From NCBI RefSeq assembly GCF_046105845.1, contig NZ_CP151004.1: DNA of 64,000 bases. One strand, written 5' to 3'. A program made the translations under genes and the position numbers. This document shows, piece by piece, positions 25,117 through 37,430 of this stretch; position 1 is the first letter of the stretch, and the number at the start of each line of letters is the position of its first letter. This DNA is from Escherichia coli (GTDB lineage Bacteria; Pseudomonadota; Gammaproteobacteria; Enterobacterales; Enterobacteriaceae). Below the pieces are notes generated by a model, which saw only the letters and a list, made by a program, of their open reading frames with translations, was not told the DNA's origin and did no database searches.

Positions 25117-27546
25117 TCACGAATACTTTTTCGTCCGTCGCGTCGGTGCAGTATTTGCCGGGTCGTCCGGCCAGACATGTTTGGGATAACGCCCTTTCAT
25201 CTCTTTTTGCACCTCACGGTACGCTCCTTTCCAGAAGGCGCTCAAATCTCGTGTGATTTGTAATGGCCTTTGGGCAGGGGAAAGCAACTCCAGCACCAGC
25301 GGCACGCGCCCCTGGGCGATCGTCGGATTGGTGGCCTCACCAAACATCTCCTGCATTCTCACCGCCAGCGCGGGCGGGTTATCTTCATGATAACGAATGG
25401 CGATTCGGCTTCCCGTCGGCACAGTGTAATGCGCAGGCAATTCACTATCCAGACGTTGCTGCATTCCCCAATCAAGTAATCCGCGTAGTGCCTGATAAAT
25501 GTCGAGTGATTTCAGGCCGCGTAGTGAATGCACGCCGCTCATATGCGGCAGTAGCCACGTTTCCAGCGTCGCCAACAAACTCTCATCATCAACCGCTGGC
25601 CAGTCATATTCCGGCAACCACTTTGCGGCGCATAACAAACGCAAGCGTAGCTGTTCCGCTTCCGCCGTCCAGTTGAGCACGCTTAAACCTTTATCACGAA
25701 TGCCGTTAAGCATCGCCTGATGCAACTCGTCTTCCGAGGGTTTCGCCAGTGGCTGCACTTTCACCGTCAACTGACCGATTTGCAGCCGACGCCAGGCTTT
25801 CAGCGTACCTTGCGCGTCATCCCACTCCACAGTGTCAGACTGCTGTACCAGCTGCGGGCAGAGTTGTACTAATTCATCGATATCGACCGGTAGCGCCAGT
25901 AAAATCCGCGCATCCGGCGAGGCGCTGCCCTGCAATAATAACGGTGCGATCAACCATTCGTGGCGGCTTAGCGCATCGTCGGCATCGAGCATCGCCCCCA
26001 TGCCGTTTGCCAGTTGATAGCGTCCATCTTGCCCACGGCGACGAGCAATGCGATCGGCATACGCCCCGGCAAGTAGCGGCGCGATAAGCGAACTGTCTGC
26101 CTCACCGCCGCGTACGTTTAAACGTTTTAACAGTTGCTGACTACGTTGCTGCCAGGCGGGTTGATTGCGCGAAAACTCCACGCCCAGGTCACTATTGCCC
26201 ATCCGTGGCGGCTCTTCGAGAATGGCGGCAATTTTTGCCGCGGTAGCAGCTTCGTCGTCGTTCTTCGCGCTAACCAGCATTGCCGCTAAACGCGGATCGT
26301 TACCCAGCGCTGCCATTTTTTGCCCTTGCGCACTAAGCCGTTCACCGTCCAGCGCCCCCAGCATCCGTAACAGGCGTTTCGCGGCCAGTAGATTCACCGT
26401 TGGCGGTTGATCCAGCCAGCTCATCTGCGCCGGATCGCTGCATCCCCATTGCAGTAATTCCATCAGCAAACCGGAAAGATCGCTTTGTAATATTTCCGGT
26501 TCACTTTGCGCCGCGGCGCGTTCGGCTTGTTCTTTGGCGATTAAATGCAGGCAGATACCCGGCTCCAGACGCCCGGCGCGCCCGGCACGCTGCGTCATGG
26601 ATGCCTGGCTAACGCGTTGAGTAATCAGTCGCGTAAGCCCCGTGCGCGGATCAAAACGCGCCACACGCTCCTGGGCACAATCCACCACCAGACGAATACC
26701 TTCAATGGTTAAACTGGTTTCAGCAATATTGGTCGCCAGCACCACTTTGCGCATCCCTTGCGGTGCCGGGAGGATCGCTTTTCGTTGATCGTTCAGCGAC
26801 AACGCGCCATACAGCGGGCAGAGCAACACATCACTGCCGATGCGCGAAGCCAGTTGTTCCTGCACGCGCTGAATTTCTCCGACGCCAGGTAAAAATAACA
26901 GTAATGATCCACTTTCCTGACGCAGCGTTTCGGCGGTGGCTACCGCAACGGCTTCGTCAAAACGCTGATGCGCGGGCAGCGGTAAATAACGGCGTTCAAC
27001 CGGAAACGAGCGCCCTTCTGAGATGACGACGGGCGCTCCTGGCAGCATTTGCTGCAAGCGGTCGTTGTCCAGCGTAGCCGACATAATCAGCAGTTTAAGG
27101 TCATCACGCAGACCTTGTTGCACATCGAGTAACAGCGCCAACGCCAAATCCGCCTGCAAGCTGCGCTCATGAAACTCATCGAGGATCACCAATCCAACAC
27201 CGCTCAGTTCAGGGTCACGCTGGATCATGCGCGTCAGCACGCCTTCGGTAACCACTTCCAGGCGGGTATTCGGCCCGACGCAGTTTTGCGCACGCATCCG
27301 GTAGCCAACGGTATCGCCTGGCTTTTCGTTAAGCAGCTCCGCCAGTCGTTGCGCAACGTTACGCGCCGCCAAACGACGCGGCTCCAACAGGATAATTTTC
27401 CCGTTAATGCCGGGATGCGCCAGCAGTTGCAGCGGCAGCCAGGTTGATTTCCCGGCCCCGGTCGGCGCACTTAATAACACCTGCGATGCACAATCGAGAG
27501 CGGTAAGTAATTCAGGTAAGACGGCAGCAACGGGCAACGACGACAC
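25117..27546 (-). CDS. hrpB: ATP-dependent RNA helicase HrpB (DEAH-box)
   Basis: ORF 25117-27591 (-); GTG at 27544-27546 gives VSSLPVAAVLPELLTAL... (809 aa), the length I recall for HrpB; motifs GAGKST and DEFH. Confidence 0.85.
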   Translation of the reverse strand: MSSLPVAAVLPELLTALDCASQVLLSAPTGAGKSTWLPLQLLAHPGINGKIILLEPRRLAARNVAQRLAELLNEKPGDTVGYRMRAQNCVGPNTRLEVVTEGVLTRMIQRDPELSGVGLVILDEFHERSLQADLALALLLDVQQGLRDDLKLLIMSATLDNDRLQQMLPGAPVVISEGRSFPVERRYLPLPAHQRFDEAVAVATAETLRQESGSLLLFLPGVGEIQRVQEQLASRIGSDVLLCPLYGALSLNDQRKAILPAPQGMRKVVLATNIAETSLTIEGIRLVVDCAQERVARFDPRTGLTRLITQRVSQASMTQRAGRAGRLEPGICLHLIAKEQAERAAAQSEPEILQSDLSGLLMELLQWGCSDPAQMSWLDQPPTVNLLAAKRLLRMLGALDGERLSAQGQKMAALGNDPRLAAMLVSAKNDDEAATAAKIAAILEEPPRMGNSDLGVEFSRNQPAWQQRSQQLLKRLNVRGGEADSSLIAPLLAGAYADRIARRRGQDGRYQLANGMGAMLDADDALSRHEWLIAPLLLQGSASPDARILLALPVDIDELVQLCPQLVQQSDTVEWDDAQGTLKAWRRLQIGQLTVKVQPLAKPSEDELHQAMLNGIRDKGLSVLNWTAEAEQLRLRLLCAAKWLPEYDWPAVDDESLLATLETWLLPHMSGVHSLRGLKSLDIYQALRGLLDWGMQQRLDSELPAHYTVPTGSRIAIRYHEDNPPALAVRMQEMFGEATNPTIAQGRVPLVLELLSPAQRPLQITRDLSAFWKGAYREVQKEMKGRYPKHVWPDDPANTAPTRRTKKYS

Positions 27547-27619
27547 AAAACGCTCCAGAGGGTTAACATTCTTCGCGGCACATTGTAGCATCGCGGTAAT
27601 TCATAACCGAGTGCCTCAC

Positions 27620-28869
<1,250 letters not shown>

Positions 28870-29046
28870 TAAAGTATGTAACTGGTTAATTTACATTCTG
28901 GTCGCGTGCGCAAATACGCTTTTCCTCACACAGTTGTCAAGTGTTACGTTTAGATAATTGCTATCCGGAAAAGCATCTGCTATTTATAGCGGCCTCATTT
29001 TTCCCCCGAACATGGGGATCGATAGTGCGTGTTAAGGAGAAGCAAC

Positions 29047-29502
29047 ATGCAAGAAGGGCAAAACCGTAAAACATCGTCCCTGAGTATTCTCGCCATCGCT
29101 GGGGTGGAACCATATCAGGAGAAGCCGGGCGAAGAGTATATGAATGAAGCCCAGCTGGCGCACTTCCGTCGTATTCTGGAAGCATGGCGTAATCAACTCA
29201 GGGATGAAGTCGATCGCACCGTTACACATATGCAGGATGAAGCAGCCAACTTCCCGGACCCGGTAGACCGTGCAGCCCAGGAAGAAGAGTTCAGCCTCGA
29301 ACTGCGTAACCGCGATCGCGAGCGTAAGCTGATCAAAAAGATCGAGAAGACGCTGAAAAAAGTGGAAGACGAAGATTTCGGCTACTGCGAGTCCTGCGGT
29401 GTTGAAATTGGTATTCGCCGTCTGGAAGCGCGCCCGACAGCCGATCTGTGCATCGACTGCAAAACGCTGGCTGAAATTCGCGAAAAACAAATGGCTGGCT
29501 AA
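29047..29502 (+). CDS. dksA: RNA polymerase-binding transcription factor DksA
   Basis: ORF 29029-29502; start taken at [28 protein letters not shown] (151 aa); C4 zinc finger CESCGVEI...CIDCK. Confidence 0.95.
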   Translation: MQEGQNRKTSSLSILAIAGVEPYQEKPGEEYMNEAQLAHFRRILEAWRNQLRDEVDRTVTHMQDEAANFPDPVDRAAQEEEFSLELRNRDRERKLIKKIEKTLKKVEDEDFGYCESCGVEIGIRRLEARPTADLCIDCKTLAEIREKQMAG

Positions 29503-29530
29503 TTACAGCCGTTCCATCACGTTTACCACA

Positions 29531-29558
29531 GGCGGGAAATGCTCCCGCCTTATTTTTT
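29531..29558 (+). terminator. Rho-independent terminator between dksA and gluQ
   Basis: Hairpin ggcggga-aatgc-tcccgcc followed by TTATTTTTT. Confidence 0.7.
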
Positions 29559-29568
29559 GTTCAACGAG

Positions 29569-30465
29569 ATGACAGACACACACTATATTGGCCGCTTTGC
29601 CCCCTCTCCTTCCGGCGAGCTTCATTTTGGCTCTCTGATTGCCGCGCTTGGCAGCTATTTACAGGCTCGCGCCCGGCAAGGTCGCTGGCTGGTACGCATT
29701 GAAGATATCGACCCGCCTCGTGAAGTTCCCGGTGCCGCAGAGACTATCCTGCGCCAGCTGGAACATTACGGTCTGCACTGGGACGGCGACGTTCTCTGGC
29801 AATCGCAACGTCACGATGCCTATCGCGAAGCACTCGCCTGGTTACATGAGCAAGGACTAAGTTATTACTGCACCTGCACGCGCGCGCGTATTCAAAGCAT
29901 TGGCGGTATTTACGACGGTCATTGCCGGGAATTACATCATGGACCAGACAACGCCGCAGTACGTATCCGCCAGCAGCATCCGGTCACCCAGTTTACTGAC
30001 CTGCTGCGAGGCATTATTCACGCCGACGAAAAACTGGCACGGGAAGATTTTATTATTCATCGCCGTGATGGTTTGTTTGCCTATAACCTGGCGGTGGTGG
30101 TGGATGATCACTTCCAGGGCGTGAGCGAAATTGTCCGCGGGGCAGATTTGATCGAACCGACAGTGCGGCAAATCTCGCTGTACCAGCTTTTTGGCTGGAA
30201 AGTGCCAGATTACATCCATTTACCGCTGGCGCTTAATCCACAAGGCGCTAAACTTTCCAAGCAGAATCATGCGCCTGCGTTGCCGAAAGGCGATCCGCGC
30301 CCAGTGTTAATCGCGGCACTTCATTTTCTGGGTCAGCAGGTAGAAACACACTGGCAGGATTTCAGCGTCGAGCAAATCCTTCAGTCAGCCGTCAAAAACT
30401 GGCGGCTCACCGCAGTGCCTGAGTCGGCAATTGTAAATTCAACATTCTCAAATGCGTCATGCTGA
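29569..30465 (+). CDS. gluQ: Glutamyl-Q tRNA(Asp) synthetase
   Basis: [23 protein letters not shown]... (298 aa) with class-I HIGH-like motif; longest ORF starts at 29539, inside the upstream terminator hairpin, so the downstream ATG is preferred. Confidence 0.85.
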   Translation: MTDTHYIGRFAPSPSGELHFGSLIAALGSYLQARARQGRWLVRIEDIDPPREVPGAAETILRQLEHYGLHWDGDVLWQSQRHDAYREALAWLHEQGLSYYCTCTRARIQSIGGIYDGHCRELHHGPDNAAVRIRQQHPVTQFTDLLRGIIHADEKLAREDFIIHRRDGLFAYNLAVVVDDHFQGVSEIVRGADLIEPTVRQISLYQLFGWKVPDYIHLPLALNPQGAKLSKQNHAPALPKGDPRPVLIAALHFLGQQVETHWQDFSVEQILQSAVKNWRLTAVPESAIVNSTFSNASC

Positions 30466-30524
30466 GCTATGATTAGCCGCTATTTTTTTGTCCTGAATGA
30501 TGTTTGACACTACCGAGGTGTACT

Positions 30525-31922
30525 ATTTTTACCCGAGTCGCTAATTTTTGCCGCAAGGTGCTAAGCCGCGAGGAAAGCGAGGCTGAACAGGCAGTCGCCC
30601 GTCCACAGGTGACGGTGATCCCGCGTGAGCAGCATGCTATTTCCCGCAAAGATATCAGTGAAAATGCCCTGAAGGTAATGTACAGGCTCAATAAAGCGGG
30701 ATACGAAGCCTGGCTGGTTGGCGGCGGCGTGCGCGACCTGTTACTTGGCAAAAAGCCGAAAGATTTTGACGTAACCACTAACGCCACGCCTGAACAGGTA
30801 CGTAAACTGTTCCGTAACTGCCGCCTGGTGGGTCGCCGTTTCCGTCTGGCTCATGTTATGTTTGGCCCGGAGATTATCGAAGTTGCGACCTTCCGTGGAC
30901 ATCACGAAGGTAACGTCAGCGACCGCACGACCTCCCAACGCGGGCAAAACGGTATGTTGCTGCGCGACAACATTTTCGGCTCCATCGAAGAAGACGCCCA
31001 GCGCCGCGATTTCACTATCAACAGCCTGTATTACAGCGTGGCAGATTTTACCGTCCGTGATTACGTTGGCGGTATGAAGGATCTGAAGGACGGCGTTATC
31101 CGTCTGATTGGTAACCCGGAAACGCGCTACCGTGAAGATCCGGTACGGATGCTGCGCGCGGTACGTTTTGCCGCCAAATTGGGTATGCGCATCAGCCCGG
31201 AAACCGCAGAACCGATCCCTCGCCTCGCTACCCTGCTGAACGATATCCCACCGGCACGCCTGTTTGAAGAATCGCTTAAACTGCTACAAGCGGGCTACGG
31301 TTACGAAACCTATAAGCTGCTGTGTGAATATCATCTGTTCCAGCCGCTGTTCCCGACCATTACCCGCTACTTCACGGAAAATGGCGACAGCCCGATGGAG
31401 CGGATCATTGAACAGGTGCTGAAGAATACCGATACGCGTATCCATAACGATATGCGCGTGAACCCGGCGTTCCTGTTTGCCGCCATGTTCTGGTACCCAC
31501 TGCTGGAGACGGCACAGAAGATCGCCCAGGAAAGCGGCCTGACCTATCACGACGCTTTCGCGCTGGCGATGAACGACGTGCTGGACGAAGCCTGCCGTTC
31601 ACTGGCGATCCCGAAACGTCTGACCACGCTAACCCGCGATATCTGGCAGTTGCAGTTGCGTATGTCCCGACGTCAGGGTAAACGCGCCTGGAAACTGCTG
31701 GAGCATCCTAAGTTCCGTGCGGCTTATGACTTGTTGGCCTTGCGAGCTGAAGTTGAACGTAACGCTGAACTGCAACGTCTGGTGAAATGGTGGGGTGAGT
31801 TTCAGGTTTCCGCGCCACCAGATCAAAAAGGGATGCTCAACGAGCTGGATGAAGAGCCGTCACCGCGTCGCCGTACTCGTCGTCCACGCAAACGCGCACC
31901 GCGTCGTGAGGGTACCGCATGA
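30525..31922 (+). CDS. pcnB: Poly(A) polymerase I
   Basis: ORF 30504-31922 (TTG-initiated in track); pcnB is known to initiate at AUU, placed here at ATT 30525-30527 giving [22 protein letters not shown]... (465 codons); nucleotidyltransferase motif [10 protein letters not shown]. Confidence 0.85.
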
Positions 31923-32398
31923 CAGTGGCGTATATTGCCATAGGCAGCAATCTGGCCTCTCCGCTGGAGCAGGTCAATGCTGCCCTAAAAGCATTAGGCG
32001 ATATCCCTGAAAGCAGCATTCTTGCCGTTTCTTCGTTTTACCGCACCCCACCGCTGGGGCCGCAAGATCAACCCGATTACTTAAACGCAGCCGTGGCGCT
32101 GGAAACCTCTCTTGCACCTGAAGAGCTACTCAATCACACACAGCGTATCGAATTGCAGCAAGGTCGCGTCCGTAAAGCGGAACGCTGGGGACCGCGTACG
32201 CTGGATCTCGACATCATGCTATTTGGTAATGAAGTAATAAATACCGAACGCCTGACCGTTCCGCACTACGATATGAAGAATCGTGGATTTATGCTGTGGC
32301 CGCTGTTTGAAATCGCGCCGGAGTTGGTGTTTCCTGATGGGGAGACGTTGCGTCAAATCTTACATACAAGAGCATTTGACAAATTAAACAAATGGTAA
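31919..32398 (+). CDS. folK: 2-amino-4-hydroxy-6-hydroxymethyldihydropteridine pyrophosphokinase
   Basis: 159-aa [62 protein letters not shown]...; 4-bp overlap with pcnB stop. Confidence 0.96.
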
Positions 32399-32767
32399 TT
32401 TATTTATATTGCGAATATAAATATTATCTGAAAATCACACCACCTCTCTTTCCTTAATAACGATTTTACTTTAAACATTTTTATAGAAACATAATATAAA
32501 TTCCCGCAGATAAATATCAATCCCATCTCCATACCCTAACCAATTGCACTTGTGAACTTATTTTTACTTAATTTTGAATTAAGTAAATTTAATTTGTTCA
32601 AAAGCTTCTAAAGTGCACAATAGGCGACCTAATGAACAATGGTTGTAAATTTGGGTAACAAATATCATTGCTCATTAATATCTAACATTTGTTTCTCCTA
32701 TTTGTGTCATGAATAGTCATTCTTCAAACATGTAGTCTGACTAATGGAATTTTATTCAAGGATTTTT
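32399..32767 (+). promoter_or_regulatory. AT-rich leader / promoter region of the yad fimbrial operon (candidate H-NS silenced region)
   Basis: 369 bp with very high A+T content and A/T tracts, in sharp contrast to flanking coding DNA; no ORF. Confidence 0.6.
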
Positions 32768-33352
32768 ATGTCTAAAAAATTAGGTTTTGCCCTGTCTGGT
32801 CTTATGCTGGCAATGGTTGCAGGTACTGCTTCTGCTGATATGGACGGTGGTCAGTTAAATATCAGTGGCCTGGTTGTTGATAACACCTGTGAAACCCGCG
32901 TTGACGGCGGTAACAAAGATGGCCTGATCCTGCTGCAAACCGCAACCGTTGGTGAAATCGATGCAGGCGTACTCGAAACTACCGTTGGTGCCAAGGCTAA
33001 ACCTTTCAGCATCACCGTTGATTGCAGCAAAGCAAACCCTGCACCGGGCAGCTCTGCCAAAATGACCTTCGGTTCCGTGTTCTTTGGTAACAGCAAAGGT
33101 ACGCTGAACAACGATATGTCTATCAATAACCCATCTGACGGTGTGAATATTGCTCTGCACAACATTGACGGTTCCACTGTTAAGCAGGTAAAAATTAATA
33201 ATCCTGGCGATGTTTACACTAAAGCACTGGACGCGACCACTAAATCTGTAACCTATGATTTTAAAGCATCCTATGTTCGTGCTGTAAATGACCAGACGGC
33301 AACTGCTGGTTATGTAAAAACCAATACCGCATATACCGTTACTTATCAGTAA
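32768..33352 (+). CDS. yadN: Major fimbrial subunit (pilin)
   Basis: ORF 32744-33352; start taken at [23 protein letters not shown] (signal peptide, 194 aa); pilin-type C-terminus ...YTVTYQ. Confidence 0.9.
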   Translation: MSKKLGFALSGLMLAMVAGTASADMDGGQLNISGLVVDNTCETRVDGGNKDGLILLQTATVGEIDAGVLETTVGAKAKPFSITVDCSKANPAPGSSAKMTFGSVFFGNSKGTLNNDMSINNPSDGVNIALHNIDGSTVKQVKINNPGDVYTKALDATTKSVTYDFKASYVRAVNDQTATAGYVKTNTAYTVTYQ

Positions 33353-33457
33353 TATTTCACCGAATTAATTGATTTAGTGAATATATAGGGAATAACATTG
33401 CCTGTAATTATGACAATGATTATTCCCTGTTCTAAATAATTCGATCAGGGATGGTTT

Positions 33458-34198
33458 ATGTTTTTTAATACAAAACATACTGTAGCATTATGCTTTGCAA
33501 CCTGTTTAGCTTTTAGCTCTTCAGCTATTGCAGATATCGTCATTTCAGGTACACGCGTTATTTACACAAGCGATCAAAAAAGTGTCAATGTACGTCTGGA
33601 AAATAAAGGCAATAACCCATTGCTGGTCCAGAGTTGGTTAGATACCGGAGATGATAACGCCGAACCTGGCAGTATCAATGTCCCATTTACGGCGACTCCC
33701 CCTGTTTCACGTATTGACGGCAAACGCGGTCAAACAATCAAGCTGATGTATACCGGCAGTTCTGCTTTACCCAAAGATCGGGAAAGTGTGTTTTGGTTCA
33801 ATGTCCTCGAAGTTCCACCAAAACCCGACGCGGAAAAAATGGCTAACCAAAGCATGTTGCAACTGGCCTTCCGTACTCGCATCAAACTGTTTTATCGTCC
33901 GGAAGGACTCACCGGAATACCGTCCGATGCTCCGGCTGCACTGAAGTGGTCGTGGACAACATCCGGCGGCAAAGTGGCGCTTCGTGTCGTTAATCCTACC
34001 CCCTTCTACGTCTCTTTCAGCAGTGGTGACGTTGTCGCCAGCGGAAAGCGTTATCCGTTAGACGTCAAAATGATCGCGCCACGCAGTGAAGATGCCATCA
34101 CAGTTAATGGGATCAGTAGCAAAGTGAGTTCTGCACAAGTTCACTTCTTTGCCATTAATGATTTTGGCGGCGCAATTGAAGGCAATGCCACTCTGTAA
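33458..34198 (+). CDS. ecpD: Periplasmic fimbrial chaperone (PapD-like)
   Basis: 246-aa ORF MFFNTKHTVALCFATCLAFSSSAIADIVISGTRVIYTSDQKSVNVRLENKGNNPLLVQSW...; also named yadV. Confidence 0.93.
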   Translation: MFFNTKHTVALCFATCLAFSSSAIADIVISGTRVIYTSDQKSVNVRLENKGNNPLLVQSWLDTGDDNAEPGSINVPFTATPPVSRIDGKRGQTIKLMYTGSSALPKDRESVFWFNVLEVPPKPDAEKMANQSMLQLAFRTRIKLFYRPEGLTGIPSDAPAALKWSWTTSGGKVALRVVNPTPFYVSFSSGDVVASGKRYPLDVKMIAPRSEDAITVNGISSKVSSAQVHFFAINDFGGAIEGNATL

Positions 34199-34232
34199 AG
34201 TCTTCAGGATCACACGCAGCAGGAAGCAAAAC

Positions 34233-36833
34233 GTGAACAAAAAAACAACTACAAATTATCACTATCCCCTTACACATATCGCCACGTTTTGCGCACTGCT
34301 TTACAGCAGTAGTGCTTTAAGCGCCGAGCACGTTGAGTATGACAATACCTTCCTGATGGGTCGTGATGCTTCAAATATTGATCTTAGTCGCTATAGCGAG
34401 GGTAACCCAACATTACCAGGCCTTTACGACGTCAGCGTTTATATCAACGACCAGCCCGTCACCAACCAGAGCATTGCCTTTGTTACGGTTGAGGGTAAGA
34501 AAAACGCTCAGGCTTGTCTCACCCTGAAGAACTTATTGCAGTTTCATATCAATCAACCCGATATCAATGTTGCTAATGCCGTGCTGCTTGCAAGGGACAA
34601 CGAACTCGGGGATTGCCTCAACCTGGCGGAACTCATCCCCCAGACGTCGATTCGTTATGATGTCAACGATCAGCGCCTGGACATCTATGTTCCCCAGGCA
34701 TGGGTAATGAAAAATTACCAAAACTATGTTGATCCTTCCTTGTGGGAAAACGGTATCAACGCTGCAATGTTGTCTTACAACGTCAACGCATATCACAGTG
34801 AAAGCCCCGACAGGAAAAATGACAGTGTTTATGCTGCTTTTAATGGCGGTATGAATTTAGGAGCATGGCGGTTACGCGCTACCGGTAACTACAGTTGGAG
34901 GAATGATTCAGACAGTAACTATGACTTTCAGAATCGCTACCTCCAGCGCGATCTCGCATCCTTACGCTCGCAGTTAATTGTCGGTGAGTCATATACCACG
35001 GGTGAAACCTTCGATTCAGTCAGCATTCGGGGAGTTCGCTTATATAGCGACAGTCGCATGTTACCCCCTGCGTTAGCCAGTTTTGCGCCAATTATTCATG
35101 GTGTTGCGAACACTAACGCCAAGGTCACTATTACCCAGGGCAGTTATAAGATCTATGAAACCACCGTACCGCCAGGTGCGTTTGTCATCGATGATCTTAG
35201 CCCATCGGGTTACGGCAGCGATCTTATCGTCACTATTGAAGAAGCGGATGGTTCAAAGCGTACTTTCTCACAACCATTTTCATCAGTTGTACAGATGTTA
35301 CGGCCAGGCGTCGGGCGCTGGGATATCAGCGGTGGTCAGATCATAAAAGACGATATTCAAGACGAGCCCAATCTTTTTCAGGCCAGTTATTACTACGGTT
35401 TAAACAACTATCTGACCGGTTATACCGGGATCCAACTTACTGACAATCATTACACTGCCGGATTACTGGGTCTGGGCCTGAATACCTCTTTAGGTGCTTT
35501 TTCATTCGATATCACCCATTCAAATGTCAGCATTCCGGATGATAAAACCTATCAGGGGCAAAGCTATCGCCTCTCCTGGAACAAATTATTCGAAAATACC
35601 AATACATCGCTAAATATCGCGGCTTATCGCTATTCAACGCAGAATTACCTTGGCCTTAACGACGCACTGACTTTAATCGACGAAGTAAAACATCCGGAAC
35701 AGGACCTCGAACCGCAAACCATGCGTAACTACTCTCGCATGAAAAATCAGGTGACGGTCAGCATTAGCCAACCGCTGAAATTTGAGAAACAGGATTACGG
35801 TTCATTCTATCTCACCGGGGATTGGTCAGATTACTGGGCTTCCGGGCAAAATCGCAGCAATTACTCTATTGGTTACAGTAATAGCGCTTCCTGGGGGAGT
35901 TACAGCATCAGTGCACAACGTTCATGGAATGAGGATGGTGAAACGGATGATAGCATCTACCTTAGTTTCACCATTCCAATTGAAAAATTATTAGGCACAA
36001 GCCATCGCGATTCCGGTTTTCAGAGTATTGATACTCAGTTAAATAGTGATTTTAAAGGCAATAATCAGCTCAACATCAGCAGCAGTGGCTTTAGCGACGC
36101 AAATCGCGTCAGTTACAGCGTAAACACCGGCTATACAATGATGAAAGCCAGTGACGATTTAAGTTACATCGGTGGTTATGCCAGTTACGAATCGCCCTGG
36201 GGAACGCTTGCAGGTTCCGTTTCCGCAAGTAGCGATAACAGTCGTCAATTCTCGCTTAATACTGACGGTGGATTCGTGCTGCACAGCGGCGGCCTGACAT
36301 TCAGTAACGATAGCTTTAGCGACTCCGACACACTTGCCGTTGTACAAGCCCCTGGAGCAAAAGGTGCGCGCATTAACTATGGCAACAGTACAGTAGACCG
36401 CTGGGGATACGGCGTGACCAGTGCCCTCTCGCCATATCATGAAAACCGTATCGCTCTGGACATTAGCGGAATCGAAAATGATGTAGAAATGAAATCTACC
36501 AGTGCAATTGCCGTCCCTCGTCAGGGCTCTGTTGTCTTCGCCGATTTTGAAACCGTCCAGGGACAATCGGCAATCATGAATATTAAACGTACTGACGGTA
36601 AAAATATTCCATTCGCGGCGGATATCTTTGATGAACAAAATAACATGATTGGTAACGTCGGCCAGGGCGGACAAGCTTTTGTTCGAGGCATCGAACAGCA
36701 AGGTAATATCCGCATCAACTGGGTTGAAGAGGGTAAACCTGTCGCATGTATTGCCCATTATAAGCAAACAGCGGATCAACAAAAATTAACACAAACTATT
36801 ATTCTGAATGGAATTAGTTGTCAGATACAGTAA
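34233..36833 (+). CDS. htrE: Fimbrial outer membrane usher
   Basis: ORF 34149-36833 overlaps ecpD; start placed at GTG 34233 after AGGAAG ribosome-binding site, giving (M)NKKTTTNYHYPLTHIATFCALLYSSSALSAEHVEYDNTFLMG... (866 aa). Confidence 0.88.
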   Translation: MNKKTTTNYHYPLTHIATFCALLYSSSALSAEHVEYDNTFLMGRDASNIDLSRYSEGNPTLPGLYDVSVYINDQPVTNQSIAFVTVEGKKNAQACLTLKNLLQFHINQPDINVANAVLLARDNELGDCLNLAELIPQTSIRYDVNDQRLDIYVPQAWVMKNYQNYVDPSLWENGINAAMLSYNVNAYHSESPDRKNDSVYAAFNGGMNLGAWRLRATGNYSWRNDSDSNYDFQNRYLQRDLASLRSQLIVGESYTTGETFDSVSIRGVRLYSDSRMLPPALASFAPIIHGVANTNAKVTITQGSYKIYETTVPPGAFVIDDLSPSGYGSDLIVTIEEADGSKRTFSQPFSSVVQMLRPGVGRWDISGGQIIKDDIQDEPNLFQASYYYGLNNYLTGYTGIQLTDNHYTAGLLGLGLNTSLGAFSFDITHSNVSIPDDKTYQGQSYRLSWNKLFENTNTSLNIAAYRYSTQNYLGLNDALTLIDEVKHPEQDLEPQTMRNYSRMKNQVTVSISQPLKFEKQDYGSFYLTGDWSDYWASGQNRSNYSIGYSNSASWGSYSISAQRSWNEDGETDDSIYLSFTIPIEKLLGTSHRDSGFQSIDTQLNSDFKGNNQLNISSSGFSDANRVSYSVNTGYTMMKASDDLSYIGGYASYESPWGTLAGSVSASSDNSRQFSLNTDGGFVLHSGGLTFSNDSFSDSDTLAVVQAPGAKGARINYGNSTVDRWGYGVTSALSPYHENRIALDISGIENDVEMKSTSAIAVPRQGSVVFADFETVQGQSAIMNIKRTDGKNIPFAADIFDEQNNMIGNVGQGGQAFVRGIEQQGNIRINWVEEGKPVACIAHYKQTADQQKLTQTIILNGISCQIQ

Positions 36834-36849
36834 CAACAAGGAATCTCAC

Positions 36850-37416
36850 ATGATAAAAATAGCACCCTATAAATTGGCGATACTGACGGGAATAATGTTA
36901 TCTCCTTGTGTATTAGCTACGGATATTAATGTCGAATTTACGGCAACCGTAAAAGCAACGACATGTAATATTAAGATAACCGGTAATAATGTCACCGAAG
37001 ACGGAAATGACAGTTATACGTTAACATTACCCAATATGGGTCTGGATCAAATAGTAAATAAAACCACCAGGGCCCAGGCTGACTTTACGATGGTAGCCAG
37101 TGGTTGCAGTGCAGGTATCAGCCATATTGATACTACATTGTCAGGTAATGGGTCCCGAACCTTTGATAGACTTGTTATACCGCTGTCTTCAGACACCACA
37201 TCAACCACCAGTTATATCGGTATGGGGTTCAAAAAACGTAATGCTGGTGATGAAACATTTTTAAAACCAAACAGCGCAGAAAAAATACGCTGGAGTGCAA
37301 CAGAAATTAGTACCACAGGTCTGGAAATGACCGTGGCACTACGTGAAACGAGCGCAGGTGAGGGGATACCCGGAGACTTTCGTGCTCAGGCAATTTTCAA
37401 TTTCACCTATGAATAA
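36850..37416 (+). CDS. yadM: Fimbrial minor subunit
   Basis: ORF 36808-37416; start taken at MIKIAPYKLAILTGIMLSPCVLA (signal peptide, 188 aa). Confidence 0.85.
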   Translation: MIKIAPYKLAILTGIMLSPCVLATDINVEFTATVKATTCNIKITGNNVTEDGNDSYTLTLPNMGLDQIVNKTTRAQADFTMVASGCSAGISHIDTTLSGNGSRTFDRLVIPLSSDTTSTTSYIGMGFKKRNAGDETFLKPNSAEKIRWSATEISTTGLEMTVALRETSAGEGIPGDFRAQAIFNFTYE

Positions 37417-37430
37417 CAAGGATGACAATG

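Noticed and set aside
36159-36782. 207-aa - strand ORF inside htrE
   Set aside because: Antisense to the usher gene.
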